Source of the DNA: Eledone cirrhosa
Taxonomy: Eukaryota
Direction: 5' to 3'
DNA: 64,000 nt
NCBI GenBank assembly: GCA_964016885.1
Contig: OZ024747.1
Span: 30,008,001 to 30,072,000, forward strand
Under the pieces are notes generated by a model, which was not told the DNA's origin, made no database searches, and saw nothing but the letters and a program-made list of their open reading frames with translations. Made by a program: the position numbers and the translations under genes. Positions 39,346-54,300 of this stretch are shown in pieces (positions within the stretch are counted from its first letter, which is position 1; every line of letters begins with the position of its first letter).

Positions 39346-42300
39346 CATTTTTTTGAAAAAAAACATTTTTTCCAAATACTCTGTAAAATGATCAATTTGT
39401 GAAAAACCTAAAAAAATCAATTTTAGAAGTCAGAAGTAAATATTTCGAAAAGTATAAAAAAATTGATTATTTTAGGTTTTTGATAATTTTACACAATATT
39501 TCGAAAATTTGTTTTTTTTCAAAAAAGATTGATTTTTTTTCTTTTGAAATATCTACTTTCTGATTTCGAAAATTGTTATATATTTTGTATTTTTAAAAAA
39601 TTTTTCAGCGTGTATGTATAAACGCATTTTTTCCAAATACTGTGTAAAATGATCAATTTGTGAAAAACCTAAAAAAATCAATTTTAGAAATCAGAAGTAA
39701 ATATTTCGAAAAGTGTAAACAAATTGATTATTTTAGGTTTTTCACAAATTGATCATTTTACACAGTATTTCGAAAAATTGTTTTTTTACAAAAAACATTG
39801 ATTTTTTTTCTTTCGAAATATATACTTTCTGATTTCGAAAATTGATATATATTTTGTATTTTTCAAACACAATGTATAAACGCATTTTTTAAAAAAAAAA
39901 CATTTTTTCCAAATACTGTGTAAATTGATCAATTCGTGAAAAAACCTAAAAAAATCAATTTTAGAAATCAGAAGTAAATATTTCGAAAAGTGTAAACAAA
40001 TTGATTTTTTTAGGTTTTTCACAAATTGATCATTTTACACAGTATTTCGAAAAATTGTTTTTTTACAAAAAACATTGATTTTTTTTCTTTCGAAATATAT
40101 ACTTTCTGATTTCGAAAATTGATATATATTTTGTATTTTTCAAACACAATGTATAAACGCATTTTTTTGAAAAAAAACATTTTTTCCAAATACTGTGTAA
40201 AATGATCAATTTGTGAAAAACCTAAAAAAATCAATTCTAGAAATCAAAAGTAAATATTTCGAAAAGTATAAAAAAATTGATTATTTTAGGTTTTTCACAA
40301 ATTGATCATTTTACACAGTATTTCGAAAAATTGTTTTTTTACAAAAAACATTGATTTTTTTTCTATCGAAATATATACTTTCTGATTTCGAAAATTGATA
40401 TACATTTTGTATTTTTCAAATATTTTTCAACGTGTTGAAACAGTGTATAAACGCATTCTTTTGAAAAAAAAACATTTTTTCCAAATACTGTGAAAAAACC
40501 TAAAAAAATCAATTTTAGAAATTAGAAGTAAATATTTCGAAAAGTGTAAACAAATTGATTATTTTAGGTTTTTCACAAATTGATCATTTTACACAGTATT
40601 TCGAAAAATTGTTTTTTTTCAAAAAAGATTGATTTTTTTCTTTTGAAATATCTACTTTCTGATTTCGAAAATTGTTATATATTTTGTATTTTTAAAAAAT
40701 TTTTCAACGTGTATGTATAAATGTATAAACGCATTTTTTCCAAATACTGTGTAAAATGATCAATTTGTGAAAAACCTAAAAAAATCAATTTTAGAAATCA
40801 GAAGTAAATATTTCGAAAAGTATAAAAAAATTGATTATTTTAGGTTTTTCACAAATTGATCATTTTACACAGTATTTCGAAAAATTGTTTTTTTACAAAA
40901 AACATTGATTTTTTTTCTTTCGAAATATAGACTTTCTGATTTCGAAAATTGATATATATTTTGTATTTTTCAAACACAATGTATAAACGCATTTTTTTGA
41001 AAAAAAACATTTTTTCCAAATACTCTGTAAAATGATCAATTTGTGAAAAACCTAAAAAAATCAATTTTAGAAGTCAGAAGTAAATATTTCGAAAAGTATA
41101 AAAAAATTGATTATTTTAGGTTTTTCACAAATTGATAATTTTACACAATATTTCGAAAATTTGTTTTTTTTCAAAAAAGATTGATTTTTTTTCTATCGAA
41201 ATATATACTTTCTGATTTCGAAAATTGATATACATTTTGTATTTTTCAAATATTTTTCAACGTGTTGAAACAAAGTGTATAAACGCATTTTTTTGAAAAA
41301 AAGACATTTTTTCCAAAAAAATCAATTTTAGAAATTAGAAGTAAATATTTCAAAAAGTGTAAACAAATTGATTATTTTAGGTTTTTCACAAATTGATCAT
41401 TTTACACAGTATTTGGAAAAATTGTTTTTTTTCAAAAAAGATTGATTTTTTTTCTTTTGAAATATCTACTTTCTGATTTCGAAAATTGTTATATATTTTG
41501 TATTTTTAAAAAGTTTTTCAACGTGTCGAAACATAATGTATAAACGCATTTTTTCCAAATACTGTGTGAAATGATCTATTTTTGAAAAAGCTAAAAAAAT
41601 CAATTTTAGAAATCGGAAGTAAATATTTCGAAAAGTATAAAAAAATTGATTATTTTAGGTTTTTCACAAATTGATCATTTTAAACAGTATTTCGAAAAAT
41701 TATTTTTTTTCCAAAAACATTGATTTTTTTCTTTCGGAATATATACTTTCTGATTTCGAAAATTGATATATATTTTGTATTTTTCAAACACAATGTATAA
41801 ACGCATTTTTTTGAAAAAAAACATTTTTTCCAAATACTGTGTAAAATGATCAATTTGTGAAAAACCTAAAAAAATCAATTTTAGAAATCAGAAGTAAATA
41901 TTTCGAAAAGTATAAAAAAATTGATTATTTTAGGTTTTTCACAAATTGATCATTTTACACAGTATTTCGAAAAATTGTTTTTTTATCAAAAAAGATTGAT
42001 TTTTTTTCTTTCGAAATATATAATTTCTGATTTCGAAATTTGATATATATTTTGTATTTTTAAAAAGTTTTTCAATGTGTCGAAACATAATGTATAAACG
42101 CATTTTATCCAAATACTGTGTAAAATGATCTATTTGTGAAAAAGCTAAAAAAATCAATTTTAGAAATCGGAAGTAAATATTTCGAAAAGTATAAAAAAAT
42201 TGATTATTTTAGGTTTTTCACAAATTGATCATTTTAAACAGTATTTCGAAAAATTATTTTTTTTCCAAAAACATTGATTTTTTTCTTTCGGAATATATAC

Positions 42301-45300
42301 TTTCTGATTTCGAAAATTGATATATATTTTGTATTTTTCAAACACAATGTATAAACGCATTTTTTTGAAAAAAAACATTTTTTCCAAATACTGTGTAAAA
42401 TGATCAATTTGTGAAAAAGCTAAATAAATCAATTTTAGAAATCGGAAGTAAATATTTCGAAAAGTATAAAAAAATTGATTATTTTAGGTTTTTCACAAAT
42501 TGATCATTTTAAACAGTATTTCGAAAAATTATTTTTTTTCCAAAAACATTGATTTTTTTCTTTCGAAATATATATTTTCTGATTTCGAATATTGATATAC
42601 ATTTTGTATTTTTCAAATATTTTTCAACGTATGTATAAACAATGTATAAACGCATTTTTTTGAAAAAAAACATTTTTTCCAAATACTGTGTAAATTGATC
42701 AATTTGTGAAAAAACCTAAAAAAATCAATTTTAGAAATCAGAAGTAAATATTTCGAAAAGTTGATTATTTTAGGTTTTTCACAAATTGATCATTTTACAC
42801 AGTATTTCGAAAAATTGTTTTTTTTCCAAAAACATTGATTTTTTTCTTTCGGAATGTATACTTTCTGATTTCGAAAATTGATATACATTTTGTATTTTTC
42901 ATATATTTTTCAACGTGTTGAAACAGTGTATAAACGCATTCTTTTGAAAAAAAAACATTTTTTCCAAATACTGTGAAAAAATCTAAAAAAATCAATTTTA
43001 GAAATTAGAAGTAAATATTTCGAAAAGTGTAAACAAATTGATTATTTTAGGTTTTTCACAAATTGATCATTTTACACAGTATTTCGAAAAATTGTTTTTT
43101 TTCAAAAAAATATCTACTTTCTGATTTCGAAAATTGTTATATATTTTGTATTTTTAAAAAGTTTTTCAACGTGTCGAAACATAATGTATAAACGCATTTT
43201 TTCCAAATACTGTGTAAAATGATCTATTTGTGAAAAAGCTAAAAAAATCAATTTTAGAAATCAGAAGTAAATATTTCGAAAAGTATAAAAAAATTGATTA
43301 TTTTAGGTTTTTCACAAATTGATCATTTTACACAGTATTTCGAAAAATTGTTTTTTTACAAAAAACATTGATTTTTTTCCTTTCGAAAATTGATATATAT
43401 TTTGTATTTTTCAAACACAATGTATAAACGCATTTTTTTGAAAAAAAACATTTTTTCCAAATACTCTGTAAAATGATCAATTTGTGAAAAACCTAAAAAA
43501 ATCAATTTTAGAAGTCAGAAGTAAATATTTCGAAAAGTATAAAAAAAATTGATTATTTTAGGTTTTTCACAAATTGATAATTTTACACAATATTTCGAAA
43601 ATTTGTTTTTTTTCAAAAAAGATTGATTTTTTTTCTATCGAAATATATACTTTCTGATTTCGAAAATTGATATACATTTTGTATTTTTCAAATATTTTTC
43701 AACGTGTTGAAACACAGTGTATAAACACATTCTTTTGAAAAAAAAACATTTTTTCCAAATACTGTGAAAAAACCTAAAAAAATCAATTTTAGAAATTAGA
43801 AGTAAATATTTCGAAAAGTGTAAACAAATTGATTATTTTAGGTTTTTCACAAATTGATCATTTTACACAGTATTTCGAAAAATTGTTTTTTTTCAAAAAA
43901 GATTGATTTTTTTCTTTTGAAATATCTACTTTCTGATTTCGAAAATTGTTATATATTTTGTATTTTTAAAAAATTTTTCAACGTGTATGTATAAATGTAT
44001 AAACGCATTTTTTCCAAATACTGTGTAAAATGATCAATTTGTGAAAAACCTAAAAAAATCAATTTTAGAAATCAGAAGTAAATATTTCGAAAAGTATAAA
44101 AAAATTGATTATTTTAGGTTTTTCACAAATTGATCATTTTACACAGTATTTCGAAAAATTGTTTTTTTACAAAAAACATTGATTTTTTTTCTTTCGAAAT
44201 ATAGACTTTCTGATTTCGAAAATTGATATATATTTTGTATTTTTCAAACACAATGTATAAACGCATTTTTTTGAAAAAAAACATTTTTTCCAAATACTCT
44301 GTAAAATGATCAATTTGTGAAAAACCTAAAAAAATCAATTTTAGAAGTCATAAGTAAATATTTCGAAAAGTATAAAAAAATTGATTATTTTAGGTTTTTC
44401 ACAAATTGATCATTTTAAACAGTATTTCGAAAAATTATTTTTTTTCTCAAAACATTGATTTTTTTCTTTCGGAATATATACTTTCTGATTTCGAAAATTG
44501 ATATATATTTTGTATTTTTCAAACACAATGTATAAACGCATTTTTTTAAAAAAAAACATTTTTTCCAAATACTGTGTAAATTGATCAATTCGTGAAAAAA
44601 CCTAAAAAAATCAATTTTAGAAATCAGAAGTAAATATTTCGAAAAGTGTAAACAAATTGATTATTTTAGGTTTTTCACAAATTGATCATTTTACACAGTA
44701 TTTCGAAAAATTGTTTTTTTACAAAAAACATTGATTTTTTTTCTTTCGAAATATATACTTTCTGATTTCGAAAATTGATATATATTTTGTATTTTTCAAA
44801 CACAATGTATAAACGCATTTTTTTAAAAAAAAACATTTTTTCCAAATACTGTGTAAATTGATCAATTCGTGAAAAAACCTAAAAAAATCAATTTTAGAAA
44901 TCAGAAGTAAATATTTCGAAAAGTGTAAACAAATTGATTTTTTTAGGTTTTTCACAAATTGATCATTTTACACAGTATTTCGAAAAATTGTTTTTTTTCA
45001 GAAAAGATTGATTTTTTTTCTTTTGAAATATCTACTTTCTGATTTCGAAAATTGTTATATAATTTCTATTTTTAAAAAATTTTTCAGCGTGTATGTATAA
45101 ATGTATAAACGCATTTTTTCAAAATACTGTGTAAAATGATCAATTTGTGAAAAACCTAAAAAAATCAATTTTAGAAGTCAGAAGTAAATATTTCGAAAAG
45201 TATAAAAAAATTGATTATTTTAGGTTCTTCACAAATTGATAATGTTACACAATATTTCGAAAATTTGTTTTTTTACAAAAAACATTGATTTTTTTTCTTT

Positions 45301-48300
45301 CGAAATATAGACTTTCTGATTTCGAAAATTGATATATATTTTGTATTTTTCAAACACAATGTATAAACGCATTTTTTTGAAAAAAAACATTTTTTCCAAA
45401 TACTCTGTAAAATGATCAATTTGTGAAAAACCTAAAAAAATCAATTTTAGAAGTCAGAAGTAAATATTTCGAAAAGTATAAAAAAATTGATTATTTTAGG
45501 TTTTTGATAATTTTACACAATATTTCGAAAATTTGTTTTTTTTCAAAAAAGATTGATTTTTTTTCTTTTGAAATATCTACTTTCTGATTTCGAAAATTGT
45601 TATATATTTTGTATTTTTAAAAAGTTTTTCAATGTGTCGAAACATAATGTATAAACGCATTTTTTCCAAATACTGTGTAAAATGATCTATTTGTGAAAAA
45701 GCTAAAAAAATCAATTTTACAAATCGGAAGTAAATATTTCGAAAAGTATAAAAAAATTGATTATTTTAGGTTTTTCACAAATTGATCATTTTAAACAGTA
45801 TTTCGAAAAATTATTTTTTTTCCCAAAACATTGATTTTTTTCTTTCGGAATATATACTTTCTGATTTCGAAAATTGATATATATTTTGTATTTTTCAAAC
45901 ACAATGTATAAACGCATTTTTTTGAAAAAAAACATTTTTTCCAAATACTGTGTAAAATGATCAATTTGTGAAAAACCTAAAAAAATCAATTTTAGAAATC
46001 AGAAGTAAATATTTCGAAAAGTGTAAACAAATTGATTATTTTAGGTTTTTCACAAATTGATCATTTTACACAGTATTTCGAAAAATTGTTTTTTTTCAAA
46101 AAAGATTGGTTCTTTTTTCTTTCGAAATATCTACTTTCTGATTTCGAAAATTGTTATATATTTTGTATTTTTAAAAAATTTTTCAACGTGTATGTATAAA
46201 TGTATAAACGCATTTTTTCCAAATACTGTGTAAAATGATCAATTTGTGAAAAACCTAAAAAAATCAATTTTAGAAATCAGAAGTAAATATTTCGAAAAGT
46301 ATAAAAAAATTGATTATTTTAGGTTTTTCACAAATTGATCATTTTACACAGTATTTCGAAAAATTGTTTTTTTACAAAAAACATTGATTTTTTTTCTTTC
46401 GAAATATAGACTTTCTGATTTCGAAAATTGATATATATTTTGTATTTTTCAAACACAATGTATAAACGCATTTTTTTAAAAAAAAACATTTTTTCCAAAT
46501 ACTGTGTAAATTGATCAATTCGTGAAAAAACCTAAAAAAATCAATTTTAGAAATCAGAAGTAAATATTTCGAAAAGTGTAAACAAATTGATTATTTTAGG
46601 TTTTTCACAAATTGATCATTTTACACAGTATTTCGAAAAATTGTTTTTTTACAAAAAACATTGATTTTTTTTCTTTCGAAATATATACTTTCTGATTTCG
46701 AAAATTGATATATATTTTGTATTTTTCAAACACAATGTATAAACGCATTTTTTTAAAAAAAAACATTTTTTCCAAATACTGTGTAAATTGATCAATTCGT
46801 GAAAAAACCTAAAAAAATCAATTTTAGAAATCAGAAGTAAATATTTCGAAAAGTGTAAACAAATTGATTTTTTTAGGTTTTTCACAAATTGATCATTTTA
46901 CACAGTATTTCGAAAAATTGTTTTTTTTCAGAAAAGATTGATTTTTTTTCTTTTGAAATATCTACTTTCTGATTTCGAAAATTGTTATATAATTTCTATT
47001 TTTAAAAAATTTTTCAGCGTGTATGTATAAATGTATAAACGCATTTTTTCAAAATACTGTGTAAAATGATCAATTTGTGAAAAACCTAAAAAAATCAATT
47101 TTAGAAGTCAGAAGTAAATATTTCGAAAAGTATAAAAAAATTGATTATTTTAGGTTCTTCACAAATTGACAATGTTACACAATATTTCGAAAATTTGTTT
47201 TTTTTCAAAAAAGATTGATTTTTTTTCTATCGAAATATATACTTTCTGATTTCGAAAATTGATATACATTTTGTATTTTTCAAATATTTTTCAACGTGTT
47301 GAAACAGTGTATAAACGCATTCTTTTGAAAAAAAAACATTTTTTCCAAATACTGTGAAAAAACCTAAAAAAATCAATTTTAGAAATTAGAAGTAAATATT
47401 TCGAAAAGTGTAAACAAATTGATTATTTTAGGTTTTTCACAAATTGATCATTTTACACAGTATTTCGAAAAATTGTTTTTTTTCAAAAAAGATTGATTTT
47501 TTTCTTTTGAAATATCTACTTTCTGATTTCGAAAATTGTTATATATTTTGTATTTTTAAAAAATTTTTCAACGTGTATGTATAAATGTATAAACGCATTT
47601 TTTCCAAATACTGTGTAAAATGATCAATTTGTGAAAAACCTAAAAAAATCAATTTTAGAAATCAGAAGTAAATATTTCGAAAAGTATAAAAAAATTGATT
47701 ATTTTAGGTTTTTCACAAATTGATCATTTTACACAGTATTTCGAAAAATTGTTTTTTTACAAAAAACATTGATTTTTTTTCTTTCGAAATATAGACTTTC
47801 TGATTTCGAAAATTGATATATATTTTGTATTTTTCAAACACAATGTATAAACGCATTTTTTTGAAAAAAAACATTTTTTCCAAATACTCTGTAAAATGAT
47901 CAATTTGTGAAAAACCTAAAAAAATCAATTTTAGAAGTCAGAAGTAAATATTTCGAAAAGTATAAAAAAATTGATTATTTTAGGTTTTTGATAATTTTAC
48001 ACAATATTTCGAAAATTTGTTTTTTTTCAAAAAAGATTGATTTTTGTTCTTTTGAAATATCTAATTTCTGATTTCGAAAATTGTTATATATTTTGTATTT
48101 TTAAAAAATTTTTCAGCGTGTATGTATAAATGTATAAACGCATTTTTTCCAAATACTGTGTAAAATGATCAATTTGTGAAAAACCTAAAAAAATCAATTT
48201 TAGAAATCAGAAGTAAATATTTCAAAAAGTATAAAAAAATCGATTATTTTAGGTTTTTCACAAATTGATCATTTTACACAGTATTTCGAAAAATTGTTTT

Positions 48301-51300
48301 TTTACAAAAAACATTGATTTTTTTTCTTTCGAAATATAGACTTTCTGATTTCGAAAATTGATATATATTTTGTATTTTTCAAACACAATGTATGAACGCA
48401 TTTTTTTGAAAAAAAGCATTTTTTCCAAATACTGTGTAAATTGATCAATTTGTGAAAAACCTAAAAAAATCAATTCTAGAAATCAAAAGTAAATATTTCG
48501 AAAAGTGTAAACAAATTGATTATTTTAGGTTTTTCACAAATTGATCATTTTACACAGTATTTCGAAAAATTTTTTTTTTTCAAAAAAGATTGATTTTTTT
48601 TCTTTCGAAATATCTACTTTCTGATTTCGAAAATTGTTATATATTTTGTATTTTTAAAAAGTTTTTCAACGTGTCGAAACATAATGTATAAACGCATTTT
48701 TTCCAAATACTGTGTAAAATGATCAATTTGTGAAAAACCTAAAAAAATCAATTTTAGAAATCAGAGGTAAATATTTCGAAAAGTATAAAAAAATTGATTA
48801 TTTTAGGTTTTTCACAAATTGATCATTTTACACAGTATTTCGAAAAATTGTTTTTTTACAAAAAACATTGATTTTTTTTCTTTCGAAATATATACTTTCT
48901 GATTTCGAAAATTGATATATTTTTCAAACACAATGTATAAACGCATTTTTTTGAAAAAAAACATTTTTTCCAAATACTCTGTAAAATGATCAATTTGTGA
49001 AAAACCTAAAAAAATCAATTTTAGGTCAGAAGTAAATATTTCGAAAAGTATAAAAAAATTGATTATTTTAGGTTTTTCACAAATTGATAATTTTACACAA
49101 TATTTCGAAAATTTGTTTTTTTTCAAAAAAGATTGATTTTTTTTCTATCGAAATATATACTTTCTGATTTCGAAAATTGATATACATTTTGTATTTTTCA
49201 AATATTTTTCAACGTGTTGAAACAGTGTATAAACGCATTCTTTTGAAAAAAAAACATTTTTTCCAAATACTGTGAAAAAACCTAAAAAAATCAATTTTAG
49301 AAATTAGAAGTAAATATTTCGAAAAGTGTAAACAAATTGATTATTTTAGGTTTTTCACAAATTGATCATTTTACACAGTATTTCGAAAAATTGTTTTTTT
49401 TCAAAAAAGATTGATTTTTTTTCTTTTGAAATATCTACTTTCTGATTTCGAAAATTGTTATATATTTTGTATTTTTAAAAAATTTTTCAACGTGTATGTA
49501 TAAATGTATAAACGCATTTTTTCCAAATACTGTGTAAAATGATCAATTTGTGAAAAACCTAAAAAAATCAATTTTAGAAATCAGAAGTAAATATTTCGAA
49601 AAGTATAAAAAAATTGATTATTTTAGGTTTTTCACAAATTGATCATTTTACACAGTATTTCGAAAAATTGTTTTTTTACAAAAAACATTGATTTTTTTTC
49701 TTTCGAAATATAGACTTTCTGATTTCGAAAATTGATATATATTTTGTATTTTTCAAACACAATGTATAAACGCATTTTTTTGAACAAAAACATTTTTTCC
49801 AAATACTCTGTAAAATGATCAATTTGTGAAAAACCTAAAAAAATCAATTTTAGAAGTCAGAAGTAAATATTTCGAAAAGTATAAAAAAATTGATTATTTT
49901 AGGTTTTTGATAATTTTACACAATATTTCGAAAATTTGTTTTTTTTCAAAAAAGATTGATTTTTTTTCTTTTGAAATATCTACTTTCTGATTTCGAAAAT
50001 TGTTATATATTTTGTATTTTTAAAAAGTTTTTCAATGTGTCGAAACAAAGTATAAACGCATTTTTTCCAAATACTGTGTAAAATGATCTATTTGTGAAAA
50101 AGCTAAAAAAATCAATTTTACAAATCGGAAGTAAATATTTCGAAAAGTATAAAAAAATTGATTATTTTAGGTTTTTCACAAATTGATCATTTTAAACAGT
50201 ATTTCGAAAAATTATTTTTTTTCCCAAAACATTGATTTTTTTCTTTCGGAATATATACTTTCTGATTTCGAAAATTGATATATATTTTGTATTTTTCAAA
50301 CACAATGTATAAACGCATTTTTTTGAAAAAAAACATTTTTTCCAAATACTGTGTAAAATGATCAATTTGTGAAAAACCTAAAAAAATCAATTTTAGAAAT
50401 CAGAAGTAAATATTTCGAAAAGTGTAAACAAATTGATTATTTTAGGTTTTTCACAAATTGATCATTTTACACAGTATTTCGAAAAATTGTTTTTTTTCAA
50501 AAAAGATTGGTTCTTTTTTCTTTCGAAATATCTACTTTCTGATTTCGAAAATTGTTATATATTTTGTATTTTTAAAAAATTTTTCAGCGTGTATGTATAA
50601 ATGTATAAACGCATTTTTTCCAAATACTGTGTAAAATGATCAATTTGTGAAAAACCTAAAAAAATCAATTTTAGAAATCAGAAGTAAATATTTCAAAAAG
50701 TATAAAAAAATTGATTATTTTAGGTTTTTCACAAATTGATCATTTTACACAGTATTTCGAAAAATTGTTTTTTTACAAAAAACATTGATTTTTTTTCTTT
50801 CGAAATATAGACTTTCTGATTTCGAAAATTGATATATATTTTGTATTTTTCAAACACAATGTATAAACGCATTTTTTTGAAAAAAAACATTTTTTCCAAA
50901 TACTGTGTAAAATGATCAATTTGTGAAAAACCTAAAAAAATCAATTCTAGAAATCAAAAGTAAATATTTCGAAAAGTATAAAAAAATTGATTATTTTAGG
51001 TTTTTCACAAATTGATCATTTTACACAGTATTTCGAAAAATTGTTTTTTTACAAAAAACATTGATTTTTTTTCTATCGAAATATATACTTTCTGATTTCG
51101 AAAATTGATATACATTTTGTATTTTTCAAATATTTTTCAACGTGTTGAAACAGTGTATAAACGCATTCTTTTGAAAAAAAAACATTTTTTCCAAATACTG
51201 TGAAAAAACCTAAAAAAATCAATTTTAGAAATTAGAAGTAAATATTTCGAAAAGTGTAAACAAATTGATTATTTTAGGTTTTTCACAAATTGATCATTTT

Positions 51301-54300
51301 ACACAGTATTTCGAAAAATTGTTTTTTTTCAAAAAAGATTGATTTTTTTCTTTTGAAATATCTACTTTCTGATTTCGAAAATTGTTATATATTTTGTATT
51401 TTTAAAAAATTTTTCAACGTGTATGTATAAATGTATAAACGCATTTTTTCCAAATACTGTGTAAAATGATCAATTTGTGAAAAACCTAAAAAAATCAATT
51501 TTAGAAATCAGAAGTAAATATTTCGAAAAGTATAAAAAAATTGATTATTTTAGGTTTTTCACAAATTGATCATTTTACACAGTATTTCGAAAAATTGTTT
51601 TTTTACAAAAAACATTGATTTTTTTTCTTTCGAAATATAGACTTTCTGATTTCGAAAATTGATATATATTTTGTATTTTTCAAACACAATGTATAAACGC
51701 ATTTTTTTGAAAAAAAACATTTTTTCCAAATACTCTGTAAAATGATCAATTTGTGAAAAACCTAAAAAAATCAATTTTAGAAGTCAGAAGTAAATATTTC
51801 GAAAAGTATAAAAAAATTGATTATTTTAGGTTTTTCACAAATTGATAATTTTACACAATATTTCGAAAATTTGTTTTTTTTCAAAAAAGATTGATTTTTT
51901 TTCTATCGAAATATATACTTTCTGATTTCGAAAATTGATATACATTTTGTATTTTTCAAATATTTTTCAACGTGTTGAAACAAAGTGTATAAACGCATTT
52001 TTTTGAAAAAAAGACATTTTTTCCAAAAAAATCAATTTTAGAAATTAGAAGTAAATATTTCAAAAAGTGTAAACAAATTGATTATTTTAGGTTTTTCACA
52101 AATTGATCATTTTACACAGTATTTGGAAAAATTGTTTTTTTTCAAAAAAGATTGATTTTTTTTCTTTTGAAATATCTACTTTCTGATTTCGAAAATTGTT
52201 ATATATTTTGTATTTTTAAAAAGTTTTTCAACGTGTCGAAACATAATGTATAAACGCATTTTTTCCAAATACTGTGTGAAATGATCTATTTTTGAAAAAG
52301 CTAAAAAAATCAATTTTAGAAATCGGAAGTAAATATTTCGAAAAGTATAAAAAAATTGATTATTTTAGGTTTTTCACAAATTGATCATTTTAAACAGTAT
52401 TTCGAAAAATTATTTTTTTTCCAAAAACATTGATTTTTTTCTTTCGGAATATATACTTTCTGATTTCGAAAATTGATATATATTTTGTATTTTTCAAACA
52501 CAATGTATAAACGCATTTTTTTGAAAAAAAACATTTTTTCCAAATACTGTGTAAAATGATCAATTTGTGAAAAACCTAAAAAAATCAATTTTAGAAATCA
52601 GAAGTAAATATTTCGAAAAGTATAAAAAAATTGATTATTTTAGGTTTTTCACAAATTGATCATTTTACACAGTATTTCGAAAAATTGTTTTTTTATCAAA
52701 AAAGATTGATTTTTTTTCTTTCGAAATATATAATTTCTGATTTCGAAATTTGATATATATTTTGTATTTTTAAAAAGTTTTTCAATGTGTCGAAACATAA
52801 TGTATAAACGCATTTTATCCAAATACTGTGTAAAATGATCTATTTGTGAAAAAGCTAAAAAAATCAATTTTAGAAATCGGAAGTAAATATTTCGAAAAGT
52901 ATAAAAAAATTGATTATTTTAGGTTTTTCACAAATTGATCATTTTAAACAGTATTTCGAAAAATTATTTTTTTTCCAAAAACATTGATTTTTTTCTTTCG
53001 GAATATATACTTTCTGATTTCGAAAATTGATATATATTTTGTATTTTTCAAACACAATGTATAAACGCATTTTTTTGAAAAAAAACATTTTTTCCAAATA
53101 CTGTGTAAAATGATCAATTTGTGAAAAAGCTAAATAAATCAATTTTAGAAATCGGAAGTAAATATTTCGAAAAGTATAAAAAAATTGATTATTTTAGGTT
53201 TTTCACAAATTGATCATTTTAAACAGTATTTCGAAAAATTATTTTTTTTCCAAAAACATTGATTTTTTTCTTTCGAAATATATATTTTCTGATTTCGAAT
53301 ATTGATATACATTTTGTATTTTTCAAATATTTTTCAACGTATGTATAAACAATGTATAAACGCATTTTTTTGAAAAAAAACATTTTTTCCAAATACTGTG
53401 TAAATTGATCAATTTGTGAAAAAACCTAAAAAAATCAATTTTAGAAATCAGAAGTAAATATTTCGAAAAGTTGATTATTTTAGGTTTTTCACAAATTGAT
53501 CATTTTACACAGTATTTCGAAAAATTGTTTTTTTTCCAAAAACATTGATTTTTTTCTTTCGGAATGTATACTTTCTGATTTCGAAAATTGATATACATTT
53601 TGTATTTTTCATATATTTTTCAACGTGTTGAAACAGTGTATAAACGCATTCTTTTGAAAAAAAAACATTTTTTCCAAATACTGTGAAAAAATCTAAAAAA
53701 ATCAATTTTAGAAATTAGAAGTAAATATTTCGAAAAGTGTAAACAAATTGATTATTTTAGGTTTTTCACAAATTGATCATTTTACACAGTATTTCGAAAA
53801 ATTGTTTTTTTTCAAAAAAATATCTACTTTCTGATTTCGAAAATTGTTATATATTTTGTATTTTTAAAAAGTTTTTCAACGTGTCGAAACATAATGTATA
53901 AACGCATTTTTTCCAAATACTGTGTAAAATGATCTATTTGTGAAAAAGCTAAAAAAATCAATTTTAGAAATCAGAAGTAAAAAAATTGATTATTTTAGGT
54001 TTTTCACAAATTGATCATTTTACACAGTATTTCGAAAAATTGTTTTTTTACAAAAAACATTGATTTTTTTCCTTTCGAAAATTGATATATATTTTGTATT
54101 TTTCAAACACAATGTATAAACGCATTTTTTTGAAAAAAAACATTTTTTCCAAATACTCTGTAAAATGATCAATTTGTGAAAAACCTAAAAAAATCAATTT
54201 TAGAAGTCAGAAGTAAATATTTCGAAAAGTATAAAAAAAATTGATTATTTTAGGTTTTTCACAAATTGATAATTTTACACAATATTTCGAAAATTTGTTT

